In this document: in pieces, positions 45,801 through 61,134 of the stretch
Position numbering within the stretch: the stretch's first letter is position 1
Layout: the number at the start of each line of letters is the position of its first letter
Assembly: GCF_009914755.1 (NCBI RefSeq)
Contig: NC_060934.1
Length of the DNA stretch: 64,000 bases
Source: the human T2T-CHM13v2.0 reference genome, Homo sapiens
Direction: 5' to 3' (one strand)
Notes under the pieces: model-generated
The model's input: the letters and a program-made list of their open reading frames with translations, nothing else
Databases searched by the model: none
Told to the model about the DNA's origin: nothing
Translations under genes and position numbers: made by a program

Positions 45801-47344
45801 TTAGTAATGGGAATTTAGTTTTGTTTCTTTCTTTTTTTTTTTTTTTTGGTTGTCATTATTCACACTTAACTACCTGTGGCAAGTACTGTGGAGGAGAGAG
45901 ACTGCTGTAAACAGGTTTGGGGGCGCACAGGAAGGAAGAGCTTTGAAACCATGCCCCGTGAGAAAATGCATAAAGCTGCTGCGCACCACTCTACCTTAAA
46001 GCTGGTAAACACACAGCCCTCCCCATAAGCCAAATGTTACGAATTCTATTTTTATAGCTCTTGGAAGGCTTTCTGCAATCTTTTCCATGTTGAATGCTGC
46101 AGTTAAAAGATATCTTTAGGAGAGAATTTCCAGATCAAAAGTTGCAGGTATAAGAATATTGAAAAGAATGTAAAATCTTGTGCACGCAAATATCTATTTT
46201 ATTGCTTTCATCTTTTGAATCAAGGAGGCACAGTAAATGACCCCTTCAGGCAGGGGAGTCATTGCACCCTCATATTTCCTGAAAGATTTCTTTTGGGTAC
46301 ATTGCAAAGCATTATTGGAATATAATAGTGCAAGGCACTACTGGAGTATTTACTGTTTTGTAGATTGCAAAGCACTATTGGAGTGTGCCTTCATTAGAAT
46401 GGTGGAAAAGTTATTCTTGTGAATTTAGTCATAATCTTCATCAATCTGGGGTTGTAATACATTATTAAATGCAGTAGAGAGTGCTCAGAATAGAAATGGT
46501 GGATTCTTGTGAGACTGCATTGGTGAACAAAGAAAAGGAAGCACACTCCTTTCCTCTGTTTTTTTTTTATTCTTTGATAAAGTGATTACTGTTAGAATAG
46601 TGGATTGCTGTAAACTTGATGTAATCATGATTTAATAAATCATTGGAAAAATTCTCTCATGATAGAATGTGAGTGTTCAGGTGGAAATAATGACAATAAT
46701 GACAGCTGACACCCAGGAAGCACTTGTTATATGTAGGGAGAAATGTCAAAAGAAGGAATGTATTTAGAAAGATCCATAGCTTGTGAACAACTATATATCA
46801 AAAGTCGCCAATATTATCCCAAAGAGCAGAGGTTCTCAGGGGAATGTTACAGAGTTTCATATCTTTCAAAATATTTACTAATGGCTGCTTGAAGACAAAG
46901 AAGACATTTGTGGAAATCTAGGTGGAATAGCCAACAAGATTGGTGAAGCTACCAATATTTAATATAGAATCCAATGAAAACAAATATCTGAGCACTCACA
47001 ATTTAGAACTCGGGAGTGGGTACATAATAGGGATTCTACAATTTTAACTGGGAGATCCAAGCATAAACAACTAAAAGAAGATGCAATTAACAAGATGTGC
47101 ATGTAAGCCTGCATTCGAATCCCTGTTTGAACACTAATTCGTACAATCTCGAGCTAGTTACACTTAGTCTCTAGAATTCTCAATGTTCTTATTTAGAAAA
47201 TGGGATAATATTAGTACTTATAATAGAACTTAATAGGATAGGACATGTCAGATACTTAGCATAGTAGCACCCAACACCTTTTAGCGATTATTATTACTGT
47301 CATCATAGTTGTTATTAAGAATAATAAATATGGATAATAAATAT

Positions 47345-47486
47345 GGCCAGCATGGTGGCTTATGCCTGCAGTTCAGCACTTTGGGAGTCCAAGTCAGGAT
47401 TGTTTGAGGCCAGGAGTTCTATATCAGCCTGGGCAAAAAAGTGAGACTCTGTCTCTAAAATAATAATAATAATAATGATAATAAAT
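47345..47486 (+). mobile_element. FLAM monomer with (TAA)n tail
   Basis: Left-arm sequence then taataataat. Confidence 0.85.
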
Positions 47487-47935
47487 ACTGTAGTAGAGTT
47501 ATCTAGTCCTTGTAGGTAACGGCACATTTAATCAAGATAATGATGAATTTAACATTTAAACAATCAGTTGTGCAAGAAAGGATTGGAGAAGTTTGGCATA
47601 ACAAATGTTCATGTGAAACGGAGTGAAGGTTTTTGTTAAAAATCAACTTCGTTTTAACCAGTGGTGTAAATGAGTTATTGAAAAATATGACGGCTAAATG
47701 GATAAAAGCATATTGCTCAGGTTGGCAAAGTTGAGAGTGTCTTAGTGTTCTAAAATAGTCAGATCCTATGTGAAGGACTGAGCTCAGTTCTGAACAGCCG
47801 ACTCTAAGATGGATGGATTAGAGATGCCTCTAGAATCTTGAGGGAGGTGATAAAGGATACAGGTTAAGGGCACAGAAGAAAGCTTTGGAAGAAACTGGGT
47901 AACTGCTTTCAATGGGTTTTCAGGCATCTCACTGA

Positions 47936-48251
<316 letters not shown>

Positions 48252-48271
48252 AAGACACATTGATTTTAATT

Positions 48272-48780
48272 TATAGAGGTGACTGAGCAGCTAATGTCAT
48301 GGAAAGATTTTCATTGCTTCTACTTCCCAAGAGGAGGGGCATGGCAGGCCACACAGGGCCACATGGGGGAAGGCCAGTGTTGGACAGGAGGTGGAGAGGA
48401 GCGAGGAGACAGCGTGGGCCAGTCTTCATTGTGTTTTCTGTGGAACAGTCATGGCAGGGAAGCAGCTTAAGATAGGCTAGTATGAATGACACCAGTGGGT
48501 TTGGGGGCAGAGGGGCTGTCCCTAGTTGTTTGGTACCTGGCCCTGCGTTGATTTTGGACAGGGAAAATATTGGCCTGGTATGTGTTAGGTACAGGAGGTG
48601 CTTGGGGTATAGACTTTGGATTGGTTGGTTTGCGTATGAAAGGCACTCAAACAGCCCAGTCATTTATCATCTTAGGAATTAACTAGCCCGGAGGAGGGGG
48701 TCAGTCTCTCTTACCCAACTAAGTCCCCCAAGAGGTCAAAACATCATAAAATATAAAAACTAAAAATTATGATTAATACA
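48272..48780 (-). mobile_element. MER74A-like LTR (ERVL)
   Basis: Reverse complement starts TGTATTAATCAT; contains CCTTTCATACGCAAACCAACCAATCC. Confidence 0.85.
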
Positions 48781-50336
48781 TCAGGGTACAAGCTGTAGCT
48801 CCAGGGGAAGAACCAGGAACTAACAATAGGGAGAAGTTCTAGAGAGGCAGATTTTAGGGAAAAAGAAAAATAAACCTTTCTGTGAAATAGGGCCATTGGA
48901 AAGTGGAAAGAATGTCTTTGTGACACCAAGAATGACCAAACCCAGATATATTCTGGGATGGCATAACCAGGTTGCTCATGTTGTAGGTGGGATTCGTTCA
49001 AGGATTGGGAGGTTGGAATAAACTCCAACTCATAGATTCCATTATTCGATGGCTGATGGCATGCCTAGAAGGAAATCAGATGTCCATTGCTTCTCGTCAT
49101 GTACTACTCCTCAATTTCTCAGGAGAAGAACCAACTTAGAAAGATTAAAATTCAGCACTGGGAATAAGTGACATTTTTATATATAGTTGTAATAACTGGG
49201 GCTCTGAGAGGAAAGACTGGAAATCAGCCACTGGAAAAAAGAACCCCTATTTTAGTGCCAGTTAAGTGGGAGCCAAGTGGCCAGACGCCTAAGTTAAAAA
49301 CAATGGGCTGACCTTGAGTTCTCCTGAGAAACTACAGACTATAAGGTTTGTATTGGCAAAGTCTTTCTATGAAGTCATTCTTCCACTAGAAATATATTGA
49401 GCTCTGGCTTGGCCCTGTCCACTGGGGACTTTGCTGTGTGTCAGGACTATTTTTTTTAGAACCAGCTTTTTTTTTTTTTTTTTTTTTAATGGTTATCATT
49501 TTAAGTCTGCGCTTGTATTAAGTATTAAATTATTAAAGTATTAAAGATTAAGTATTAAAAGATGCTAATGGATGGTAAGATCCTCAGTTTCCTCTTCCTA
49601 AACATGAAGGGACTGTACTAGAATGGTCTAAAGGTTTCCTTCTGATTCTAAAATTCTTTGATTTTGTGACAATATTATCTGTCGACCCTCAAAACTCTAT
49701 TCCTTGAATTGACTCTACTTGCATGAACTATGCGCTGTTGTTGACAGTACACTGTGTGCCTGTCTAGTGTTATTCTAGGTGTTTCTGTTTGTTATCAGAT
49801 AGGTAGGGATGCTCTTATTTTATAGACAAAGAAGCAGAGACTCATATTAGTAACTTGTCCAAGATCAAGGAGTTAACAAAGGGGAAGATCAGGAAAGACT
49901 AAGTCTCTCTGTCTACCTCTTACTGTCCTATTGCAGAGTTCCATATTACAGTGATGAGTGTCAGAAGCTGTCAGAAAATGACGCTGGGAGTGCCATTCTT
50001 TGTTTGACAGTAAAGTCACTGCCTCTGGCTTGGAAGTATTGATCACTGCATCTGAGATCTGAGAATTGATGGTGGTTAACCATGGTCCCACGTGTCCCTC
50101 TCTCCAGATGAGAGTTTGTTTTTTTCTGGTAAGGGTGTGGAGGGGAGAGAAACAAAAAAGAGAAAAGATATATTTAAAAATTATGGAAATATTTTGATTT
50201 TTCTTTCATTTAATTATTTCTTTTTGTCCCAAGCTTAATATTAGTTTTTGTTTGTTCCAATTCTACCTAAGGCAAGAAGAAAATTCCCTTTCACTTCTAA
50301 AATTCTGTTTATTTTTTCTTTGATATTTCTTTTAAA

Positions 50337-50630
50337 TTTTTTTTTTTTTGAGATGGAGTCTCACACTGTTGCCCAGGCTATAGTGCAGTGGTGCAATCTC
50401 AGCTCACCGCAAGTTCTTCCTCCTGGGTTCACGCCATTCTCCTGCCTCAGCCTCCCAAGTAGCTGGGACTACAGGCACCCACCACCATGCCAGGCTAATT
50501 TTTTGTATTTTTAGTGGAGACGGGGTTTCACCGTGTTAGCCAGGATCGTCTCGATCTCCTGACCTCGTGATCCGCCTGCCTCGGCCTCCCAAAGTGCTGG
50601 GATTACAGGCATGAGCCACCATGCCGGGCC
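50337..50630 (-). mobile_element. AluY
   Basis: gttcacgccattc, accgtgttagccaggat, gacctcgtgatcc; TSD tcttttaaa. Confidence 0.93.
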
Positions 50631-50639
50631 CTCTTTTAA

Positions 50640-50808
50640 AAAATTTTAAATAATGTTCATGGGTACATAGTAGGTGTATATATTTGTGGGGTGCATGACA
50701 TATGTTGATGCAGGTATACAATGTGTAATAATCACTTCAGGGTAAACGGGGTACCTGTCACCTCAATCACTGATTATTTCTTTGTGTTGTAAATATTTCA
50801 GTTATGCT
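50640..50808 (-). mobile_element. L1MA2/3-like extreme 3' fragment
   Basis: gggtacatagtaggtgtatatattt...aatgtgtaataatcac. Confidence 0.85.
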
Positions 50809-51549
50809 TTTCTGTTTCAGTATGCAAAGACAGATACCTGCCTGGCTTTTAAAATCCATCTAAGCTCAGGATGCCATTCAAATTGGGCATTTTAAGGTAA
50901 TGAAGTTTGTTTGAGAATCCTGGACATTCAGTACTCACTTGGGGCAACTGAACTCTTATCCAGTTCTAGAAAACACGCTATTTCCATCTGGATGGCCTCT
51001 AAATTCTCATGGGAAATATATGAGATTAGTTTTCTGTCTCAGATATGGGTTGCTGGATCTCCATTTATTTTTTGTCAATCATATGTTCACCATAACTGAA
51101 ATTGTCATTTAATGTGTTATTGCTATGATAAACCTCAGCTCTATTTATTTTAAAATAAACACACCAACTATGTCAGGTATGGTGCTTTGTAATGCACAAA
51201 AAATCAGTAGTGGGAGGTTCGTTTATAAATTCATGATGTTTAGGCTCAAGCATCTGTCAGGACTTTGAATTGTCTGGGAAATAGATACTAACCAACTAGG
51301 CTAAACAGTTTGTGTGGCCATCTGTTCAGAGTTAAAACATGGAGGAGGAAATTAGATTAATCATTCTACGATTTGGGGAATTCAGTGTGAAGGTCTGTGT
51401 TTACTGTGAATGCCTTTATTTTTAAGCATTTGAATCAAAGTTTTTCTACAACTGGCTTCCACTATATATTTGTGAAAATGAACTTTAAGGTGTGTTTGTG
51501 CATGTATATTTGTGGCATGTGGTACGTGGCACTTAAGTGGCACAATTTT

Positions 51550-51785
51550 GGGGATGTGGTGGTGGCAGGTGAGACAACCAAGTGGCTAGGCATATCATAG
51601 GCTTTAATGTTAGATAACTTTTGGGTAAGAGTACCTTACTTTTCTCAAGTGTAAAAGGGAGTAATAAAATTATTTATTTCATAAGGCCTTATAAGGATTA
51701 TGTAAGACAATTATTGCATGTAAAGTACTTTGTATAATGCCTGGCACATAGTAAACATGCACTGAATATTAGTCATTATTCTGTG
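51550..51785 (+). mobile_element. MIR
   Basis: taaggattatgtaaga...atgtaaagtactt...tgcctggcacatagtaa. Confidence 0.75.
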
Positions 51786-52454
51786 TCAACGTTTATCATC
51801 ATCATCATCACTGTTAACCACCTTTGTCCTCTTATTTCAAAATACAAAATGAATTTAAACCCTTCAGGAATAGCTTTCTTTAGATTTCTCTTCTAATAGG
51901 TATTTACTGCATTAGTAACAAATTAAACAGTGTGTGTGAGTGTGAGTATGAGCATAAGTATTAATGTGTGAAAGTGTTGATGAGTGTGTGTATGTGTGTT
52001 TGTTTTAGTAGATCCAATCTTTAAAAACTCTGATCCACTTAAATTAATTGCTTCATTTGCAGAACTAATGCCTGGTATTAACAGAGAATGACTCCTTTCC
52101 CCCTTTAAATATACAGATACACTATTGAATATTTTGTTACAGTGAATGTTAAAATAATGACTAATACACAAGGGGCCAATTTAGCAGGAACTGTTAATCA
52201 TGACTTCCTGCAACTGGGCCCCTGATGGAAGTATAATTATGGGTCAGAAATTGTAGATAACAAAACACTGGGAAATTGAGTGTAGGCCAATGCCAATAGA
52301 AATCAGCCCCCAAACTCCTTTCAATATAGATTTTAAGAAATTGAAGCTATCTTGGGTATAATCTTGCTTCATCTTTGTCTCTCCTCTTTCACTTTTTTTG
52401 GACTCCCACTTCAACCTCACCATCCCCAACCAGCAGTTCATAATGACCAGAACT

Positions 52455-52620
52455 CACCCTCCTCCCCTCCCTCCCTCCCTCCCTTCCTACCTCTCTTCTT
52501 CCCTCCTTTCTATCCTTCTTTCCTTCCTCTTCCCCTCTCTCTTCCTTTCTTTCCTTCTTTCCTTCCTCTTCCCCTCTCTCCTCCTTCCCTCCCTTCTTCT
52601 CCCTCTTTCTCTTTCTTCTA
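52455..52620 (+). repeat. CT-rich low-complexity tract
   Basis: Directly visible. Confidence 0.9.
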
Positions 52621-52634
52621 TTGCCCTTTTTTCC

Positions 52635-53065
52635 CCAATACATCAACTGGGCATACACTATGTGTCAAGCCTTGTGCTAGATTAAGTGGTGAATAGTACA
52701 GACATTTTATTTGCTTTCATGAAATTTACAGAGCAGACAGTAAAAAAATACACACATAATGTTAATGTTTATGACAATGAAAGAGAAGTTCACAGTGCGT
52801 GAGAGTTTGTAACAGGGGACTAACTTGTGTTATGCTGGATGGGCAAGAAAAGTCGTTATGGCAGGGTTACATTTGAGCTTGATGGTGGAAGAGGAGTTCA
52901 CTAAGTGAAGCGGGGAGGCAGGTGTTTTTATTAGAAGAAATAGCTCAGCTTATGTGAAGGCCCCGAGACAGGAAGTCACGGACAGTGAGGAACTGAGTCT
53001 GGAAAGAAAACGCTGGACAAAAAGCAGCTTGAGGCTTTTGTCTTTCTTCTAAGAGAAGTGAACAG
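52635..53065 (-). mobile_element. L2 fragment
   Basis: actatgtgtcaagccttgtgctag...gtgaaggccccgagacagga. Confidence 0.7.
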
Positions 53066-53067
53066 CA

Positions 53068-53163
53068 ATGGAACAATCCTCAAAGTGATTGTGTTGAAAT
53101 ATTGTATTTCAAACATGGAACAATCCTCAAAGTGATTGTGTTGAAATACTGTATTTCAAACAT
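53068..53163. repeat. 47-bp tandem duplication (1 mismatch)
   Basis: atggaacaatcctcaaagtgattgtgttgaaataYtgtatttcaaac x2. Confidence 0.97.
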
Positions 53164-53209
53164 AATGAAAATTATACAATGTAATAAACAAAGGTATGCA
53201 TGCATAGTA

Positions 53210-54100
53210 AATAACTTCTTCAGGTTGGTGGTTTATCTTGTTTATGATGTTTTTTGACATACAATAAGCTTTAACTTTTAATTTAGTGAAAGAATGTCGT
53301 GCTTTCATTTATGGTTTGTATTTTTCATTGTCTAGTATAAAAAATCATTACCCAAGATGTTATTCTAAGTTATTTCTCATATTTTCTAAATTTTTAAGAG
53401 TCTGATACTTCACTTTTAGGTCTTGAATCCAACTGAATTTATTTTTGGGTATGGATGTAATTTTACTCCATTTTCCTTATGAATAATCAATCGTTCTAGT
53501 ACCATTTGAGTTTTTCATCCTTTCTCCTTCCCTTAATTTACATTGTCACTTTTTCTATATGTCTAGTTTTCATATATGTGTGGTTCTCTTTCTGTACTCT
53601 CTATTCTGTTCCATGTTTACTTATAGATTTCATTACTATAGAATATGTAACTTCATAAAATGTCTTGGTATTTTACATCATAAGTTGTTGTTCTGGCTCT
53701 TGACATTTGTTCTCCATATGAGTTTAAGGAGCAGCTTGTCAATGAAAACCTCTTTGGGGCTTTTAATCAGAATGGCTTTAAATTTATAGATTAATTTTTA
53801 AAGAACTGATATCTTTACTCTGAGTTTTCTATCTATAAATATAGTTGCTCTCTCATTTATTCCAAAATTCTTGCATGTCTGTTAATAATTATTTTTTTAA
53901 AATTCTTATATATTTTTGTTTGTTGGATTAATACCAGGTATTTCTAATTTTGATAGGAATTTTCTGTGGGAATTTAAAAAATTATATTTTCTATTACATT
54001 TTAAGTGGCTATTACTGGTGCAAAATAAAGTGATGTTGACTTTGTATCTAACACCTTACTGTACTCTTTTATACATTCAAACAATTTATAAGTTTTTAAA
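53210..54100 (-). mobile_element. Old L1ME-type ORF2 fragment
   Basis: ttttaggtcttgaatccaactgaatttatttttg; aatttatagattaattt...gaactgatatcttt. Confidence 0.7.
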
Positions 54101-54109
54101 AATATTGGT

Positions 54110-55060
54110 TCCTCTTCTAATAGCCAAGTAAGCTCCTATCAGACTGAGCTTTCACCTTTAATAACTATACACATTGAACAGACAAACAAAAGAAAAAGAA
54201 AATTAAATAAAGCAAAAAGAGAAAACAAAGGCAACACTAGAAGGCACTGGAAGGTGAACCAAAGCAGGAATATTATGAAAGGGAGTTGATGCTTAGAAGC
54301 AGGCAATGACTCTAGATGAGTATCTCATTTTTAGGCAACTGAGGGGATTCTGCAGCATGTGAGGCAGCTAAAATTCTAGAGAAAATCTATCGTATTTCTG
54401 GCATGAAGAACCAGAGGAAAAAGTTAGGCAACAACAGTCTCTGGAAAGTTAAAGAGGAATCTCAGATAGCAGAAAGCCAGAAAGGGAATCTCCAAATTGT
54501 TTGTATAAACTCTGCCCAAATCTTGGTTAACACTTGAGCCATAGCTATGTGAGGCAGACTCTGAGAAGCTCAACTAACAATACAAGAAGTGAACTGAGAT
54601 TTGAGTTGCTATCAAACACACAGAGTTTTTACTTTGAGTCTAGTCATATTAATTGCTTTGTAAACAAACCCAAACAATCCACACTCTTTGAAAGACCAAT
54701 GATAAAACCCAGAGATTCCATAACATAATATTCACAATGCCCAGGATAAAATCCAATATTATTTGACTGCAAAGATTCAGGTATATGTGACCCATTCTCT
54801 AGGGAAAGAAAATCAACAGAGACCATTACTGGCTGTTGAAATTATCAGGCAAACTGTATAAAGGAGCAGCTATAAAAATGTTCAATGCTGTAAAAGAAAA
54901 TATGCTCAGAATGGACAAAGGGAGAGAAAATTTCAGCAGAAGAATAAGAATTCAGAAATATGGAAATTCTAGAACTAAAAAATAAAATACATTAAATTAT
55001 AAATTCACTAGACAGTCTTAACAATTGATTGGAGATGACAGGGAATTGTCATCTTAATGA
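54110..55060 (+). mobile_element. Old L1M 5'/ORF1 region, continues after the L1PA3
   Basis: atggaaattctagaactaaaaaataaaata...aaattcactagacag; resumes at 61135. Confidence 0.7.
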
Positions 55061-55085
55061 TGACATTAAGATAACTGTTATCTTA

Positions 55086-55992
55086 GGGGGAGGAGCCAAG
55101 ATGGCCAAATAGGAACAGCTCCAGTCTACAGCTCCCAGCGTGAGCGACGCGGAAGACGGGTGATTTCTGCATTTCCATCTGAGGTACTGGGTTCATCTCA
55201 CTAGGGAGTGCCAGACAGTGGGCACAGGCCAGTGGGTGCGCGCACCGTGCACGAGCTGAAGCAGGGCGAGGCATTGCCTCACTCGGGAAGCGCAAGGGGT
55301 CAGGGAGTTCCCTTTCCTAGTCAAAGAAAGGGGTGAAAGACAGCACCTGGAAAATCAGGTCACTCCCACCCGAATACTGCGCTTTTCCGATGGGCTTAAA
55401 AAACGGCACACCAGGAGACTATATCCTGCACCTGGCTCGGAGGGTCCTACGCCCACGCAGTCTCGCTGATTGCTAGCACAGCAGTCTGAGATCAAACTGC
55501 AAGGCGGCAGCAAGGCTGGGGGAGGGGCATCCGCCATTGCCCAGGCTCGCTTAGGTAAACAAAGCAGCCGGGAAGCTCGAACTGGGTGGAGCCCACCACA
55601 GCTCAAGGAGGCCTGCCTGCCTCTGTAGGCTCCACCTCTGGGGGCAGGGCACAGACAAACAAAAAGACAGCAGTAACCTCTGCAGACTTAAATGTCCCTG
55701 TCTGACAGCTTTGAAGAGAGCAGTGGTTCTCCCAGCACGCAGCTGGAGATCTGAGAACGGGCAGACTGCCTCCTCAAGTGGGTCCCTGAACCCTGACCCC
55801 CGAGCAGCCTAACTGGGAGGCACCCCCCAGCAGGGGCAGACTGACACCTCACACGGCCGGGTACTCCAACAGACCTGCAGCTGAGGGTCCTGTCTGTTAG
55901 AAGGAAAACTAACAAACAGAAAGGACATCCACACCAAAAACCCATCTGTACATCACCATCATCAAAGACCAAAAGTAGATAAAACCACAAAG
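55086..55992 (+). promoter_or_regulatory. L1 5'UTR internal sense and antisense promoter
   Basis: YY1 core CAAGATGGCC at 55097-55106; CpG-rich; complete 5'UTR. Confidence 0.85.
55355..55537 (-). pseudogene. ORF0: L1 ORF0 truncated to 60 aa by CGA>TGA
   Basis: MADAPPPALLPPCSLISDCCASNQRD...IRVGVT* matches the 71-aa ORF0 N-terminus. Confidence 0.85.
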
Positions 55993-57007
55993 ATGGGGAA
56001 AAAACAGAGCAGAAAAACTGGAAACTCTTAAAAAGCAGAGTGCCTATCCTCCTCCAAAGGAACGCAGTTCCTCATCAGCAATGGAACAAAGCTGGACGGA
56101 GAATGACTTTGACGAGTTGAGAGAAGTCTTCAGACGATTAAATTACTCCGAGCTACGGGAGGACATTCAAACCAAAGGCAAAGAAGTTGAAAACTTTGAA
56201 AAAAATTTAGAAGAATGTATAACTAGAATAACCAATACAGAGAAGTGCTTAAAGGAGCTGATGGAGCTGAAAACCAAGGCTCGAGAACTACGTGAAGAAT
56301 GCAGAAGCCTCAGGAGCCGATGCGATCAACTGGAAGAAAGGGTATCAGTGATGGAAGATGAAATGAATGAAATGAAGCGAGAAGGGAAGTTTAGAGAAAA
56401 AAGAATAAAAAGAAGTGAGCAAAGCCTCCAAGAAATATGGGACTATGTGAAAAGACCAAATCTACGTCTGATTGGTGTACCTGAAAGTGACGGGGAGAAT
56501 GGAACCAAGTTGGAAAACACTCTGCAGGATATTATCCAGGAGAACTTCCCCAATCTAGCAAGCCAGGCCAACATTCAGATTCGGGAAATACAGAGAACGC
56601 CACAAAGATACTCCTCGAGAAGAGCAACTCCAAGACACATAATTGTCAGATTCACCAAAGTTGAAATGAAGGAAAAAATGTTAAGGGCAGCCAGAGAGAA
56701 AGGTCGGGTTACCCTCAAAGGGAAGCCCATCAGACTAACAGCAGATCTCTCGGCAGAAACTCTACAAGCCAGAAGAGAGTGGGGGCCAATATTCAACATT
56801 CTTAAAGAAAAGAATTTTCAACCCAGAATTTCATATCCAGCCAAATTAAGCTTCATAAATGAAGGAGAAATAAAATCCTTTACAGACAAGCAAATGCTGA
56901 GAGATTTTGTCACCACCAGGCCTGTCCTAAAAGAGCTCCTGAAGGAAGCGCTAAACATGGAAAGGAACAACTGGTACCAGCCACTGCAAAATCATGCCAA
57001 AATGTAA
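55993..57007 (+). pseudogene. ORF1: L1 ORF1: stop at codon 13, residual 308-aa ORF from ATG 56081
   Basis: MGKKQSRKTGNS* then MEQSW...REKG...ARR...YPAKLS...NHAKM. Confidence 0.95.
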
Positions 57008-57070
57008 AGACCATCGAGACTAGGAAGAAACTGCATCAACTAATGAGCAAAATCACCAGCTAACATCGTA

Positions 57071-60895
<3,825 letters not shown>

Positions 60896-61134
60896 ACAAT
60901 GAGAACACATGGACACAGGAAGGGGAACATCACACTCTGGGGACTGTTGTGGGGTGGGGGGAGGGGGGAGAGATAGTATTAGGAGATATACCTAATGCTA
61001 GATGACGAGTTAGTGGGTGCAGTGCACCAGCATGGCACATGTATACATATGTAACTAACCTGCACATTGTGCACATGTACCCTGAAACTTAAAGTATAAT
61101 TATAATAAAAAAAGATAATTGTTATCTTAATGAT

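Noticed and set aside
46291-46386. CRISPR-like reading of the triple 19-bp motif
   Set aside because: Primate DNA, only three degenerate copies, spacers of 7 and 18 nt, no cas genes
50640-50808. L1MA tail that seems to be the missing 3' end of the element at 35100
   Set aside because: It lies on the wrong side for a split element and has its own TSD-like ttctgttt flanks, so it is likely independent
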